Below, piece after piece: positions 22,920 through 36,881 of a stretch of DNA of 40,526 nucleotides. Positions within the stretch are counted from its first letter, which is position 1, and each line of letters opens with the position of its first letter. The stretch comes from Circinaria calcarea. Its lineage: Eukaryota. A program made the position numbers and the translations under genes. The stretch is taken from positions 1-40,526 of the forward strand of contig JAVECS010000022.1 in the NCBI GenBank assembly GCA_051942165.1, in the 5' to 3' direction. Under the pieces are notes generated by a model. The model had not been told where the DNA came from. It made no database searches and saw only the letters and a list, made by a program, of their open reading frames with translations.

Positions 22920-25900
22920 TCATCTCACCCTTCCAAGTCCGCCGGGGAAAAGCACAGCAATAGCCTCATCCAACAGCGTAAACGCTAGATGCGTATTCAG
23001 CCTCGTGTTGTTCACCGTCGCAAAGACCCTCCGACTGGCCGCTTGTGCATTCGCCCGACCGACCACGTTGCCAGCCAGATCCGGAATCAACGTCGCCAAC
23101 ATGACACTCGCTTCTCCCCGGCTGCGTACCCTCTCTGCTTCGGTTCGCGGCTTGGCGTCTCGGCGGAGCTGGCCGTTTGGCCACATGGTATCTTTGATCA
23201 GATTGATGTACCGAAGCACAGATTCTTCTCGCACCAGCGACTTGGCCGTCTCCCGGATCTTGCGCTCCACCGTACCACCGAGGAGCTGGTGCAAGACGAC
23301 GACTACGGCTCGACCGCGGAGCCAGTTCTGACTGCGGTTGAGTTCAAAGATCTCGAGGAAGATGTCACAGATAGGCTTTACGAAAGGCTCCATTTCGCGG
23401 TTCTCAAAGGCTTCGAGTTCGGCTTGGGCTTCGGCTGTAGACACGCTCACATCTTGGTTATCGCTCGGAGCGATGGGAAGAGTACTATACTGACTGGTCG
23501 CGGCAGAGATTAGGTTTTGGCCCGCGATGGAGAGCTGATCAAGCACAGGTAGATTGCCGAGGAATTCGTCCATACCGTCAGTGACGGAGTTGTAGATTCG
23601 TGATACGATATCGCGCCTTTCACCGTCGCCGTCGCGGCTAATGTCGGTAGAGATGATGGCCTGCTGGGAGAGGAATGCCCTTAGGTCTCGGCTTCGGCAG
23701 ACATCTGGTAACTGAAGAAGCTCGCGCAGATATCGTTCTAATGAGGTGCGCCGTCTGTGGAGGAATTCTCTTTGTAATTTCATGACCAGTCTTCTTCGAG
23801 GAAAGTTGAGGTGACGAACGGCTGGGTACATGGTGCGCAGGCGTTGGTGGAGGTCATGGAACTCGCTGTATCTCCGTGCTACAGCCCAGGAAGCCGCTGA
23901 CATTTGCTCTCCAGCTTTACGGTGTACTTCGATTACATACAGAGCAAACTCTTGACCGTCCTCTTCTTTACCAACCATTATCGATTTAATTTCGACATTT
24001 GCTCGTCCGGAAAGGCTATTATCGCTCTCTTGCACAATGTACTGCTGCCTCTGAAGTTCTTTCTGCCTTATCTCACGTTGTAGGCTCGACTTGGATTTGC
24101 CAAGAATACGAAGTTCAGCAACGTTGTTGGTGAGCTCAGCTTTTCGGGTCAACGTATCGACAACGGACTCCTGCGCTACCAGTTTCTCTATATCGACAGT
24201 TAATGCAGTAATAGCTTCCGCCAATCCAAGATCCCCAGGAGCAGCTTCATGTATCTCATCTTCCGGTCCTTTTTCGTCACTAAATTCCTCAGGATCGGCG
24301 TGTTCATCTTCGATGAATTTCTCTTCGTCCCCAAACAGATCATCATCCGTAAAAACACCAATACGCGATGAAGTATTGACCAACCCTAGGGAGGCTAAAT
24401 TGGGTTTTGACCGTTCCTTCTCGGCATAGGTGCTATCATGTCTTTTGAAATCCGTACAATTTTGATGGAATTCAGATTCCTTCGGGAACATTGGCTCCGT
24501 GTATAGAGACTCTATAGGAGAATCCTTCGAGTCCTCCTCGTGCGGAGAGTGGGTCATGATATCGTTCAAAGCTGCCTCCATAGCTTCAACCACTTTTTTG
24601 TGGTCTGCATTAGATTGTTGTTCACCAAACGAAGAATCGTCATCTAAACTCTGTGTAGAATGCGCAAGTCCCTCGGGTTCCACTTCGTCTCTGAATAATG
24701 GCGCAGCCGGATCGATGTCGAAAGACCGTCTCGGATGGTGTGGGGTAGCATCGTCGAGCGCCTTATATGATGACTTCAAGTCAACCGATGATGTTGCGTC
24801 TCTCCGAAGTTCACTTGGGCTTCTTCCCAGAGTTGAAGCGGATCGTGGAGGTGGAGGTAGAGATGGCTTTGTAGTAGCTTCGGATATTGAAGGTACAGAG
24901 GGAAGCTTTAGCGCTCGTGGTGCGTGTCTTCCCGCCATCTTAGAGGAGGCATCATCCGAAGTAAGATACTTGTAGAAGAGGTCGGATGTCTTGAAATTTG
25001 GAAAGTGTTTCTCCCGTAGTTCTTCCAATGCTGCCGATTGAGCGCGGAGTACAATGCTTCGAGCCTTCGCATACTGCACCGGCGTTGCCCCTCGGCCCGC
25101 TTTCAAGAACTGGCGGACAGCCTCGCGAGACTGTTCAGGTACTTTGAGTTCTGGCTTGGAAAGGTATGCTTCCGCGATTTGTGCCAGGTCTGCTCGATCT
25201 GATTCTGTCCACTGACGAGGCACTTCGGAGGGGCTCTTATCTTCGGTTATGTCTTCTTCCAAGGGGTTCCGAATCCCATCAACAACCACCCAGAACTGAA
25301 CAAGGCTCATGAGTCGCTGGCGATCCATGTACTCCATGAAATAGGAGAGTCCCGATGCGTCATGCAAGACATCTCTGATAGAAGCATTCGCCATTCTCGA
25401 CGTAGCTTGTCCATTGCCAAAATCGGGTTGGGGTATCTGCGATCTGGGTGTACTTCCAACGGCGCTAAGTCTGCCGACTCGCTCATCCAGAATTCGCTTC
25501 CCAGTCTCGAGCCTTCGGAGATAAATATGGTCCTGGCCCTCTAACATAGATTCTCGTTTTAGCTGGCTTGCAACTTCACTCCGGAACCTTCGTGCGTCAG
25601 AAAGGTTTTGACATTGACGAATAGCACGGATGAACCGTTCAAACTTGCGCTCGTCGTCATGAGGTACCAGCATGGGGAATTGGTGCGTCTTCGAAGCCTT
25701 TGGTGCAGGTGAAGCGTGCTGATCCAATGCAGCCCGTAATTTACGTACGGTCTTACGGTCTTGTAGCATTGTGCGGCCCTACCTATTATTAGCTAGAATA
25801 TCAAGTAGAACATGCCGAGATCAATTTTACATATGCTTCCATGAGCTGGTTCCATGTGTCAGGATGTGATAGTAGTTGCATCACAGGCGCAAAGACCGCA

Positions 25901-26688
25901 CAGGATGCAAGCTCCCTAATCATAACCGACACTGCTCTACTGCTTATCATGCCTTCCGGCAAAACTTCAGGCATGAGTCTGACCATCAACTTGCGTAGGT
26001 AGTCTTGCTGAACCAGCTTTGTGTCGGAAAAAGCCAGGGAGGCAGCTTGGTGCAGTTTGCCATCTCTATATTTCGCCGCGATGGCAAGGTCCAACTCCTC
26101 GGACTCAGTGACATTGCGGTTGAGCTTCTTGCCCCTAACAGCATGCTCGGCCTCGTAGAACTCCTTTAAATGGCCAGTAATGATGGGAACAAAGCGCGAG
26201 ACGGCTACCTCGACAACGTCTATCCTCTGAATCCGCTCGTTGATATTCGCTAACGCTGCTCGAATAGCCTGGTCTATTCCGTTGCCAAAAGTTGGGCGAT
26301 GGGTGATGTTGCGGTACCATGATGCAACGAAATCCCGGAGAACCAGTTCAAGTAAGCTATCAATGTTTTCCGAAATGACCAAAGAATCGGGATAGAGCGG
26401 TCTGCGCTCATAAGCTGTGCTGGTGGAGAGCCACGCCTTCTCGGCCGCCCATGCCTGGGGAGCAATGAATGAAGCTGTTTGCGGTTTTTGGACCGCTCCG
26501 CTACGAGCGTCAGTGGTATTCCTCGAGCTCAAAAGCACAACTGCTATAACCGCAACGATTCCCAGTAAAGCTCCTGTCAAGAACGCGTATCCAAGGTAGC
26601 GGACGACGGGTGCCCAATGTGTCAGGAAACCCCATGCAATAAAGACAGCAATTCCTGCTATGGCTACGTTGCGACTGTTCAGGGCCAT
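22920..26688 (-). CDS. MDM1: PXA-RGS-PX-PXC sorting nexin (Mdm1/SNX13-14-25 family); one intron near 25785-25830
   Basis: Two N-terminal TM segments; PXA (LVLRDFVASWYRNIT); RGS (SGLSYFMEYMDRQ..QFW); PX (WAVARRYSEFHDLHQRL..FPRRR); Nexin_C (FVKPICDIFLEIFEL..NWLRGRAVVVVL). Confidence 0.9.
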
Positions 26689-26937
26689 GCTCCTGGAAGT
26701 CTGTTAGGTGCCGTCGCCGCATGTTTCTTGGTAGCTTATGTATGGCTGGCTGAAGTGACAGATAGAACGTCTTGTTTAAAATCCAGTGGAGCCTTCGCGT
26801 ATTCACTGATCGTCATGAGTGACCTAGAACTATCTACTAGCATCATAATTTCAACGCCGTGACTATTTCATGCCAACTATACTCCATCTACTTTGATGCG
26901 CACAATTCCCAATGACACTCATCAGTCATAGTGTTTT

Positions 26938-27911
<974 letters not shown>

Positions 27912-28218
27912 ACTTGACAACAATGGTAACGCATTCATTCGCATAGCAGAAGGGCACCGATGGAGAAACCCAAGCAGTCTTGGAAAGGAATCCAATGTAA
28001 GGAAGGGTGTAATGAGATCTCTGAGCACCTTGGTGCGAAGTACATGTACAAAGAAAGGTACAATGCCATTTAACGGTTTCCAGATAAAGTAAGGAGTTAA
28101 GGTATGTAGCTTATCGATTGCGTAAGGCTGCGCGATTCACGGTGGTAAGCTGCGGGGGATGCTATTTTCGCCATGTAATCTTACCTTCGAAGCTCTTCAA
28201 CATAATCATGTATCAGTC

Positions 28219-28921
28219 ATGCTGCCTCCTACGACAAATCCTGGATCCTCGGACTTCTTTACTTCCCTGAGTCGCTATAGGTATCCACCTTTCTGGACCC
28301 TCCAGCCTACTATCGCAACCCGGAAAGAACAGCTCAATAAATGGTCTTCACTGATCCTCTCCTACTGCCGTCAGAATTGCATCTGGCGTTTGACTCTCGT
28401 AGACGCTCTGAACACCCCCTTGTTCCACAATGCCCAACTTCGAAAACGATTGACTCTATTAGAGGCTCGGGATATAGTGGATTGGATGACGAAGGAAGAC
28501 GGAGCACGGAGAGCGGAGTGGATCAGTAAAGAGGACGAGAAAAGCAGTGCGTGGATATATTGGAGAAGACCAGAGGAGTGGGCTGATGTCCTGAGTACCT
28601 GGGTCCGTGATCTGAGTTTACTGCAGTTACGGCAGACCGTCAAGAATGGGGAGCTGATGTGTCCTGATAGATCGAAGAGACGGGGCAGAAGAACACCGTG
28701 CTTACTCTCTATGAACTTACCGAAGGTGAGACTACTGTATCGCAAGGTATTTAGTTCAAGAATCTTTCGTTGAAATTATCACAACACAAGTTGCTCATCA
28801 GTCTGCAGATTTCCATGGAATGGATCTAGATATTCTGCAAAAATCACTGATTGTGTTGGTCAGGCGTGGAAAAGCACAGGTTTTTGGAAGCGAAGATCAA
28901 CAAGGTGTGAAGTTCTTCTGA
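28219..28921 (+). CDS. VPS25: ESCRT-II subunit Vps25 (2 introns)
   Basis: YPPFWTLQP..QLNKWSSLILSYCR..IYWRRPEEWA../IEETGQKNTVLTLYEL../FHGMD..GKAQVFGSEDQQGVKFF*. Confidence 0.95.
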
Positions 28922-29142
28922 AGTCTCCCTTAAAACGGCTCAGCAAAGAAGCAAGAAGCTTGCAAGAGCCACAAGCAGCAAAGCTGCTTCCATTGGGCCC
29001 GAGTCCTCTTCGAAAACATATGCCATATCCTAGCAAATACGCCACGCTTCCAGAAACTTGCCAATTCCTCTCGCGTCCAACAAAAGACTCGTCTCCATGA
29101 TGGTCATAATGTTCACGCTACCACCGTTATGCATCAAATAAA

Positions 29143-31908
29143 TCACCCATCAGCCTTCACATCAGCATCCGTAACTTCGTAATCATCCTTCCAGCGCAAC
29201 TCCTGAGTTAATGCCACATCAAGAATCCAATCGTTTTTGACTATCCGCGGGGTTCTGCCAATGGCTTGGACCTGTTCACGGAACTTGGACCATAGTCTGG
29301 CGTCCTTGGGAGTCGTTCCACTAATAAGATACACATAGTCTAACTCGTGAGGTTCTGACTCCTCCACCCCGGCATTAACTTCTCCTATTCTTGACGAAGC
29401 CAACGAGCCGGCCCGAGCTCGGTACAGTAAGCAGCTGCCTCCATTAACCTCGACAATGGACTTGTACGCATCAAATCCTCCATGAACGTGCTCGGTACAG
29501 TATAAGGAATATTGACGAAGTAAGCGCCCTTTGTTGGCTTTTGCTCTTACCACGGTCTCCGTGAGGCTCATTTCGTGACGCTTTTCACCATCAGGGTCCT
29601 CCAATCTGTAATGTTCCGTGGGAAGGAGCGCATTTTGTGCAAGACAGTCATCAACAAAAGCGGTAGAGAGGAGAGTTGGAGCGTGTGCTATCGCGCACAA
29701 GAACTTTGGAGTACGAAGAATGCGGGGAGCGGCCAGATGCGTGCATTTAGTTGGCTCTTGAGTTACAAGGATGCCTAAGTCTCGTAACCGTCCCTAAAGC
29801 CAGTAAGCAATCGCAAATAAGACATTACAGCAAATATTTACTCTTGCTTCGTTTTCCCGTCTAATATTGCCAACCCAATCGTTATAACCGGAAAGTAATA
29901 AACGCATAGTGGGCGGATCCCTTCCGTTCTTGGCTCGTTTCGTATCTCTTGTGCTCTCGAATTCTTCCGTATTGCTATCCGCATCTCTCGACACAGGCCG
30001 TTTTTTGTTTGAGTCGGCGTCCATCTCTTCACTAGCTTTCCTACCACCGAAGACAACCCCACCCACTCTCTTCTTCTCCTTCTCGTACAAAGCAATATCC
30101 GGGACGAGATCATGGAGTTTAGCCACAGCACGATCTTTTGCCCCTCGGCTATTCGAAGTTGAGGGGGTCTCATTCTCCTTCCCTTCGGCTTGAAATCGAG
30201 AAGACGCTGGTGTTTTCAGTGCTACTCCCTCTGTTCGACGATGATCTTGCTTCGAGATTTTGGGCGTAGACCCGTCAGAGATACGGGGTTTGTCAATTGA
30301 GGAGTTCGGTGCCGGTATAGAACTGCTGTTATCGATTTTGGGTGCGGTTACGCTCTTCCCTCTTCCCTCGATGGGCCGTGGTGGCTGGATATTGACCACA
30401 TCCGCATCAATTGGAGCGTCCGAGTTCTCGGGAAAGAAGTGGCGCGCAACAGCCTTTTTGTCGATTTCAGTTTGCCCTACAACCTCACTTAAATTAGTTC
30501 TTGGGGGGAAAGTTGTATATCTGGTGTGGGTCAGGCTCTGGATTTCCCATTTGGCGTAGCTCTCCTCTAGCCAGAGGTGGTTTATCATGTTAACGTTCCA
30601 TTCCCTAGCAGCTTCGCATTTTTCACTAAAGGTATGTGCTGTAATAAGATGCGTGTTATCCATCTTCATTGTTTTGGTGAATTCACAACCTGCGGCCTTT
30701 GCAAGGTTCTCGAGGTAGACTCGGGCCTCGCCGTTGTAATTAGATAAGCTGATTCGATACTTCTTGAAGCCTGGTAACCCTCTACGAGCAATGGGATAGT
30801 GCAACAGTCTTTTCAACGGCGAGGTCCACGTATTGTTTGTAATTAGATGATATAGCCATGGCAAATTTCCAACATCCTTTCCGGCTCTTGATGCTAGCTT
30901 ATATTCGTCTCCTTCGCGGTAATGACAGACAAAAATATCTGCTTCGCCCACGGTCACGGTCATTTCACCTCCGCCAGATCGAATTAGCTCTTCGATGGTT
31001 CCGCGAAGATGACTTGCTATTTCTAGATCCCCCGAAAGCATCACCTTTTTATGTTGGAAGACGCTCAGATCGCGTCGACCAGGACTCGGAGAACCGGCGG
31101 GAGTGGGAAGACGACCCGCATGGGGAGAAACGGCACCTTGTAGATCTGGCCTGGATGCATCGGGAATCCGCTCTCCTAGTCTTAGTCGATGGATCTCAGG
31201 GTTTGGGAGTAGGTAGGGTCCTTCGTCAATCCGCTTTCCTAGCCTCAAGCAATCATCGAACCTTGCCCAGGTTAGTTTCAGGAAGACAGCAAAGGGCTTT
31301 TTTCATACCAATGTGGTAGGACCAATTTGCAACTTAGGTTCTTGGCCACTGCAGTTCGACATTTATCTGAATCCATATTGAGTGCGACTACGTGGGTCAC
31401 AAGCTTTGTGATCGGAGGGGAGTAGAGACCGCCCATGGCGAGCACACCGCCAACAATCGCATCTTTGTCACCGTCCGGTAGGTCTGCACAGCTGACGATT
31501 AATCCGGAGAATATCAGACGTGGATCCGGGCTGTGCGATCGAGGGTTCGCGAGCTTCTTCTTCGCGACGGAAGAGGTTATCCACTCGGGCTTGACGACAG
31601 GAATTAGCGCGTTTGAAATCGCTTCATATGCTTCAAAGTCGATTGTTGTCGAAATGATGTGGGTAAGGCCTGCCAAAGGAATTCTACCATGAATCGAGGG
31701 TGGTGAATGTTGCACAGCTCCATTTTCATCGAGGATCTGGGCAAGCTATACGGGTCAGGAGCCTGCTTAGATGACCCGAAGAACACACCTTTTCAGCGAA
31801 CTTCGGAGAAAGTCCCTGGCTCTGAATAATATGATAGTGAATTTGGGCAAACAGTGCTGCACCGCCAGCTGGCTGCGGAGCGCTACCAGCGGGTATGACA
31901 TCTACCAT
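29143..31908 (-). CDS. Multi-BRCT DNA-damage scaffold (Rtt107/Brc1-like), 3 introns
   Basis: Several BRCT repeats: THIISTTIDF..VVKPEWI; GGVLAMGG..THVVAL..VLPHWFDDC; ISLSNYNGEARVYLENL..THLITA..NHLWLEESY; plus a C-terminal pair. Confidence 0.9.
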
Positions 31909-32365
31909 TTTCAAACAACTTGTGATACCATAATAAATGCGGAGTATAAGTTGGAAGACTTCTAGCAACCCATTGGTGTATTGTTTGAAGTCGCTTCAGA
32001 ATTGCAAATCGCCTGGTTGAAGGCAGTATATAAGTTGTGGTGCAACACGCGCCTTGGGACGTGTTTTCGGAATAACATTTATCCCTCAACGGGGTTTATT
32101 AGCCCGCGGCCCGCGGCCATATTTACTACGCATATGACAGGCTCCTTCACGCCTTTTCCTATTATCTCAATATTTCTGATAACCCTCTTTTGGAAACAGC
32201 GTATATTCGATCAGTACCTCGTATTATCTATTCTCCAAGACTTCTGTGTTAGGCCCTTGACGATTAGAAGCTGATTAACGACGACTGTTTCGATGCTATA
32301 TGATATGACCCGGAGATCCCGCAGCTTTTATTAAATCTTAGTCTCGCTGTTCTTCTTTACTCAAT

Positions 32366-33817
32366 ATGTCACAAGAATATTTCGTTGTGCGAGAGCATTG
32401 TATCCCCTGCCAGCATATTCGTGAATACCCCGGCGCTTTGGCAGGAGATCAGGAGGATATTCTGCAGTTATGCGTGAAGCAGTACATCCCGATCGATCAC
32501 GCCGAAAGTCCTCCTCCTGATGCTATCACAATCATTGGGGCTCATGCAAATGGCTTTCCAAAGGTACTCCACCTGTATCATCACATGAAGATTAGTAATC
32601 TGACCTGACCAAGGAGTTATACGAGCCTTTGTGGGACGAGGTGTATCTGAGATCCAGAACGCTTGGCTTCTCTGTGAGAGGTATCTGGATTGCCGACGTG
32701 GCGCATCAAGGAATGAGCTTTGTGCTGAACGAGAACAAACTGAGTAATGATCGTAAGAATTCAAAGGTTAGCGGAACGGCCGACTGTACTCACAGTCTTG
32801 TATAGCTTCTTGGAACGATCATAGTAGAGATCTCCTCCATATGATCAACCACTTTCGTGATCAAATGCCTCGACCACTTGTCGGCATTGGCCACAGTATG
32901 GGAGGCACTCAGCTGTTGGTTAACTTTATGCCATCATCGAAACAATCTAATCCTACCCTAGGGTCAACTTATCTATCATGCATCCTCGTCTACTGACTAC
33001 TTTGATTCTGATCGAACCAGTTATTCACACGGACTCTGCAGTGGGACCACCCGAGTACCCAAGCAATATTGCTCAGGCGTCTACTTTCCGTCGGGATCTT
33101 TGGCCTTCACGACAAGCGGCAGAAGCCTCGTTTAGGAGAAGTCCATTCTACCAGACATGGGATCCCAGAGTGCTTGATCGTTGGATCAAGTACGGCATCC
33201 GAGAGCTACCAACGAGAATATATCCCGATTCGTCCAAAGAGGGTACCGCCGAGAACCTAGTGACCCTTACTACCACTAAGCATCAAGAAGTGTGGACTTT
33301 TTTGCGGCCAAATTTCGCTGAGATGCACTTAGAAAGGAAACCTGTTTATGATCGCTCGTCTCATCCTGATCTAGATCAGGCCGACCCCACGACATATCCA
33401 TTTTACCGTCCAGAGCTTGCAGTCGCCTTTCGTAACCTGCCTTTTCTAAGGCCATCTGTTTTATATATTTTTGGTGGAAAGTCTAACATGGCCAACCCAG
33501 AATGGCGAAAGAAAAAATTGGACATTACCGGGATAGGCACTGGGGGTAGCGGTGGCGCTAAAGAAGGGCGCGTTAAAGAAGTTTTATTTGAAGAGGTTGG
33601 GCACTTAGTGGCCATGGAAGCTGTTACGGATACCGCCGAGGCTACAGCACAATGGCTTGATCAAGAGTCGCGGCGATGGTGTCAAGCCGAACGTAGTTAC
33701 AAAGAGCTGCGGAGTAAGAGAAGTGCAACGGACAATATAATGGTCAGTGATGAATGGATTGAAAAGATTGGTGGCAGGCCTCCCACACAAAAGTTAATTT
33801 CACCAGCGAAGCTGTGA
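32366..33817 (+). CDS. Alpha/beta hydrolase (Lpx1-like / 'toxin biosynthesis protein' family) with PTS1; 3 introns
   Basis: IIGAHANGFPKELYEPLWD, IWIADVAHQG, nucleophile elbow GIGHSMGG, GHLVAME, C-terminal AKL*. Confidence 0.88.
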
Positions 33818-34130
33818 TTCAGCTGTGTTGTATCACATAATGTCCCAGTATCCTGTATCTGTAAAACTCCCTTTGTTCATGAATGACCCCTTGAGTTCTT
33901 TGACTACCTTGTGACAATGACATTATCGGGTCTTTGAAGACGATTTAGAGAACAAAAAGAGTCATTCGACATGGGCGAAACATATATATACCTCTCCGTC
34001 CTTCTCAGTAGATGCATTGTTTTCTATATTTCCAGTGTTTATTTTCCAAGGCTCAAACCCCCCTGGATCATTTCGTACCTTTGCAAGCACCCGAATTTCT
34101 ATTCAGAAGCGGTGACTCGCAAGCAGCAAC

Positions 34131-34550
34131 ATGTGCTACGTTACACTCAGACACCACGTCGCATGCCAGCACGCTTCAGTGTCTTCACTGCTCAGCCATT
34201 GTAGCGCAGGGTGGGATCCAGAACTGCGCAGATGCAGAGCGAAGCGTGAGTATCTTACAGCAACCATAGAAGTCGATCAGAAACTCGGACTGTGCCACCA
34301 TTGCATTGGCGTTTATACCGCAAATATCAACGAAATGTACAATCAACAAATCAAAAATACCGAATTCTTCAAGACTCGCCACCAGGAAGCTTGCGACAGG
34401 CATTGGTGGCCCGCTAAAATGCAGGAATGGGTGGATGGTTTGCAGCGCGAGATTGATGAACTAAATCTGAAGAGAGATAGGCATATCGAAGAATTCACAA
34501 GAGCTTTCAAGCTAAAAGACGACACCCCGACAATGGAGGCCAAAACGTAA
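34131..34550 (+). CDS. Small Cys/His-rich hypothetical protein (139 aa) with C-terminal coiled coil
   Basis: Intact ATG ORF in good context (CAACATG), TATATATA about 140 bp upstream; MC..CQH..HC..C..LCHHC pattern. Confidence 0.55.
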   Translation: MCYVTLRHHVACQHASVSSLLSHCSAGWDPELRRCRAKREYLTATIEVDQKLGLCHHCIGVYTANINEMYNQQIKNTEFFKTRHQEACDRHWWPAKMQEWVDGLQREIDELNLKRDRHIEEFTRAFKLKDDTPTMEAKT

Positions 34551-35455
34551 GATTGGGAGGAAGCAAGGAGTTTGGCGGTCCAAACCCGCAGGCAGGCCTG
34601 TAAGTAGGTACTTTGTTGGTTTATGTGATTATATTTGTCTGAATCATAGTGCAGGTGCCTGGTAACTGAAACCTTGTGGTGTGTCCTGTAGATTCCGTTT
34701 CCCCTTTCTCAGGTATAGAGTGAATTACCTTTGTTATGTATTCATTTCCTAATCACACCGAGGCGTTTCGTTTTCTGTCCCAAGAATAGAAACTGCAACA
34801 ACATGATACACACCAGACGTAGCCGGAACTGCCGATTCAGGTAATGTCACCTTATAGAAGGCAACACATAGCTAAGAGATCATGCCGTCTTTGAAGGCCA
34901 GCACTTATTTCGGTGAGCATCCTTGGTTATAGAAAATCTCGAACTCCTTGGACTGGCTTTTAGGACGCACCCCTCCGAGGTTGCTGGCACAGTTTCTGAA
35001 ATTTGATGGCCGGTACAGTCGAGGAGCGGATTGATCTTCCCAAGAGGTAAATAGGAGTGGGTTAGGATAATAGCGTTGGGTGACGAGCAAACACAGCACT
35101 GAACAATAATGTCCGCAAGTTCAATCATAGACGCAGTACTGAGAATGAATACGAGGTGGCCTACAGTACATCCATTGAAGTGTTGATATTAAGGAGGCCC
35201 ACAGGGAGTCCCATTTAAATATGCCATCCACAAAGCTCTATCCACTCAGCTTAGGTCTGTCGCTTAATTTGTGTCTGGGAGCCGAGTAGTATTTCTTCCA
35301 AATGAGAGCCAAACTAGGAAAGCCGAGATCTTGGTTATATAGCTATGCTCTTTCTGCTACAGGTAATCCTGTTAAGCCGTGGCTAGGCTGTCAATAACGA
35401 AATCGTGCCGCCATCTTTACCTTATCTTAACTCTTTATCTAAATTGTATTAGGTC

Positions 35456-36194
35456 TTACCTTCTACTGTACCACTTCTTATTTAAGATTTGGAGCCCGTT
35501 GCTGACACTGAGAGTGTCCCATTTCCAGGGCTCAAGGTCTTTCGGATCTGCGCCAACGTAGATTGTCTTATACCATTCCCTCCTGCTGTCCGGATTCTTG
35601 TTCCGTGGGTTCTTGAATACCGCCTTCAGGTCCTTCCATCCCAGTGTACTTCCGCAGTATTCTGCACACGCAGGTTCCTGTCCACCAAGACACACCAGCT
35701 TCATTTCCCCTGGAATGCCCGTCTCCCCAGGGATACCCGGGACGGGCGCGTCCTAATAGAATAAATTGGTGGTTCCAGCTATCTCCGTGGTCATATTCAT
35801 ACGAGACGCCCGCTTTGTCCTTTTACTCCTCCCGGTCCAAGACTTGCGCAAGCGTAAAATCCGAGCTTCTCTTGACCTTCTCGGGACCAGGATAAATGTC
35901 GGCCATCGAGGTGTCGTTGAGTGAAGACAGCAGTTGACGGTCTCGATACATCGGGCCTTCCGTTGATGTGACATTGAAGGAGTAGCTGTGGCAGTTCTCC
36001 CAGCCGAGTGAAATCTGCAGGGCCGAGTGGAGTTTGTAAAAAGTAATCCGGTGGAACCGGAGAGTAGACAATTAATCTGGGGATCGTCGCTATTGGCCAG
36101 GTGGACATAGAGCAAGTAGTTGGGTTCGTCGGTGGGTATTAGTGACACCGACGTGTGCAGACGCAACGTTCGAGTTCTCCGGTTGAACTGGCTT
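35456..36194 (-). pseudogene. pRiA4b ORF3-like (MM3350-like) pseudogene
   Basis: Family motifs are split across frames: NYLLYVHL..INCLLS / VPP / ITFYKLHSALQISLGWENCHSYSF / in-frame TAA (35823-35825) / YEYDHGDSWNHQFILLGR / VCLGGQEPACAEYCG..GWKDLK. Confidence 0.75.
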
Positions 36195-36881
36195 TCCCCT
36201 ACCGCTTTGACGTATTTGAGCTTTTCTCTGACAATCGGGCCACTGCGATTTCTACAGAGTCCACCCACACTTGCTTATTATTTATATAAAACGATACAAA
36301 TGCGATTCCGTCGAACGGTAGAGGTTCAGTGAAGCAGTGCATGCTCTTTGGACGCGCTCTCGACCGACGTAAGAAAGACGAAAACACATGATGGCGGTTG
36401 GGCAAATTACATCGTAGACTCGGCCATACGCACCGCACGGTATCCTATCTACTTAGATGGGCCTTGTCAACTGCAGTCAGCACGTGGGCTACCCCCTAGA
36501 CTTTATCGACTCGCATTGATAGCCAACCTGGATTCTCTGGAAATTACAAGTATATACCTGTACTGCGATCAACTTTATAGGCCGCTCAGCCAATTACATG
36601 CCATCCTCCCAGCACGAGCTCTGCAGGATCCCAGTTCGAGGCTAAATGATGTGGGAACGTTCCCTTGGCTTGGACACGGAGATCTTGTCCTGGAGGAGGA
36701 GGAGGAGCAAACCCCAAGTTATGCAGCAAAAGGCCTGAGACAGATCACATTCATCAAAGCCATCGAGGGCGAGACCGAGGGGCTTCGGGGTACAAATCAA
36801 CATGGCGCCCTTGGAGTTCACGTCTGGATCTCCTGTTCTTCCCAAGTCTTCTCCCCAACCAGTCTCTACTCTCAAGATACC

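Noticed and set aside
22989..24975. Long + strand ORFs overlapping the sorting nexin
   Set aside because: Antisense shadows of a long CDS with no independent protein features; the same applies to similar ORFs opposite the other genes.
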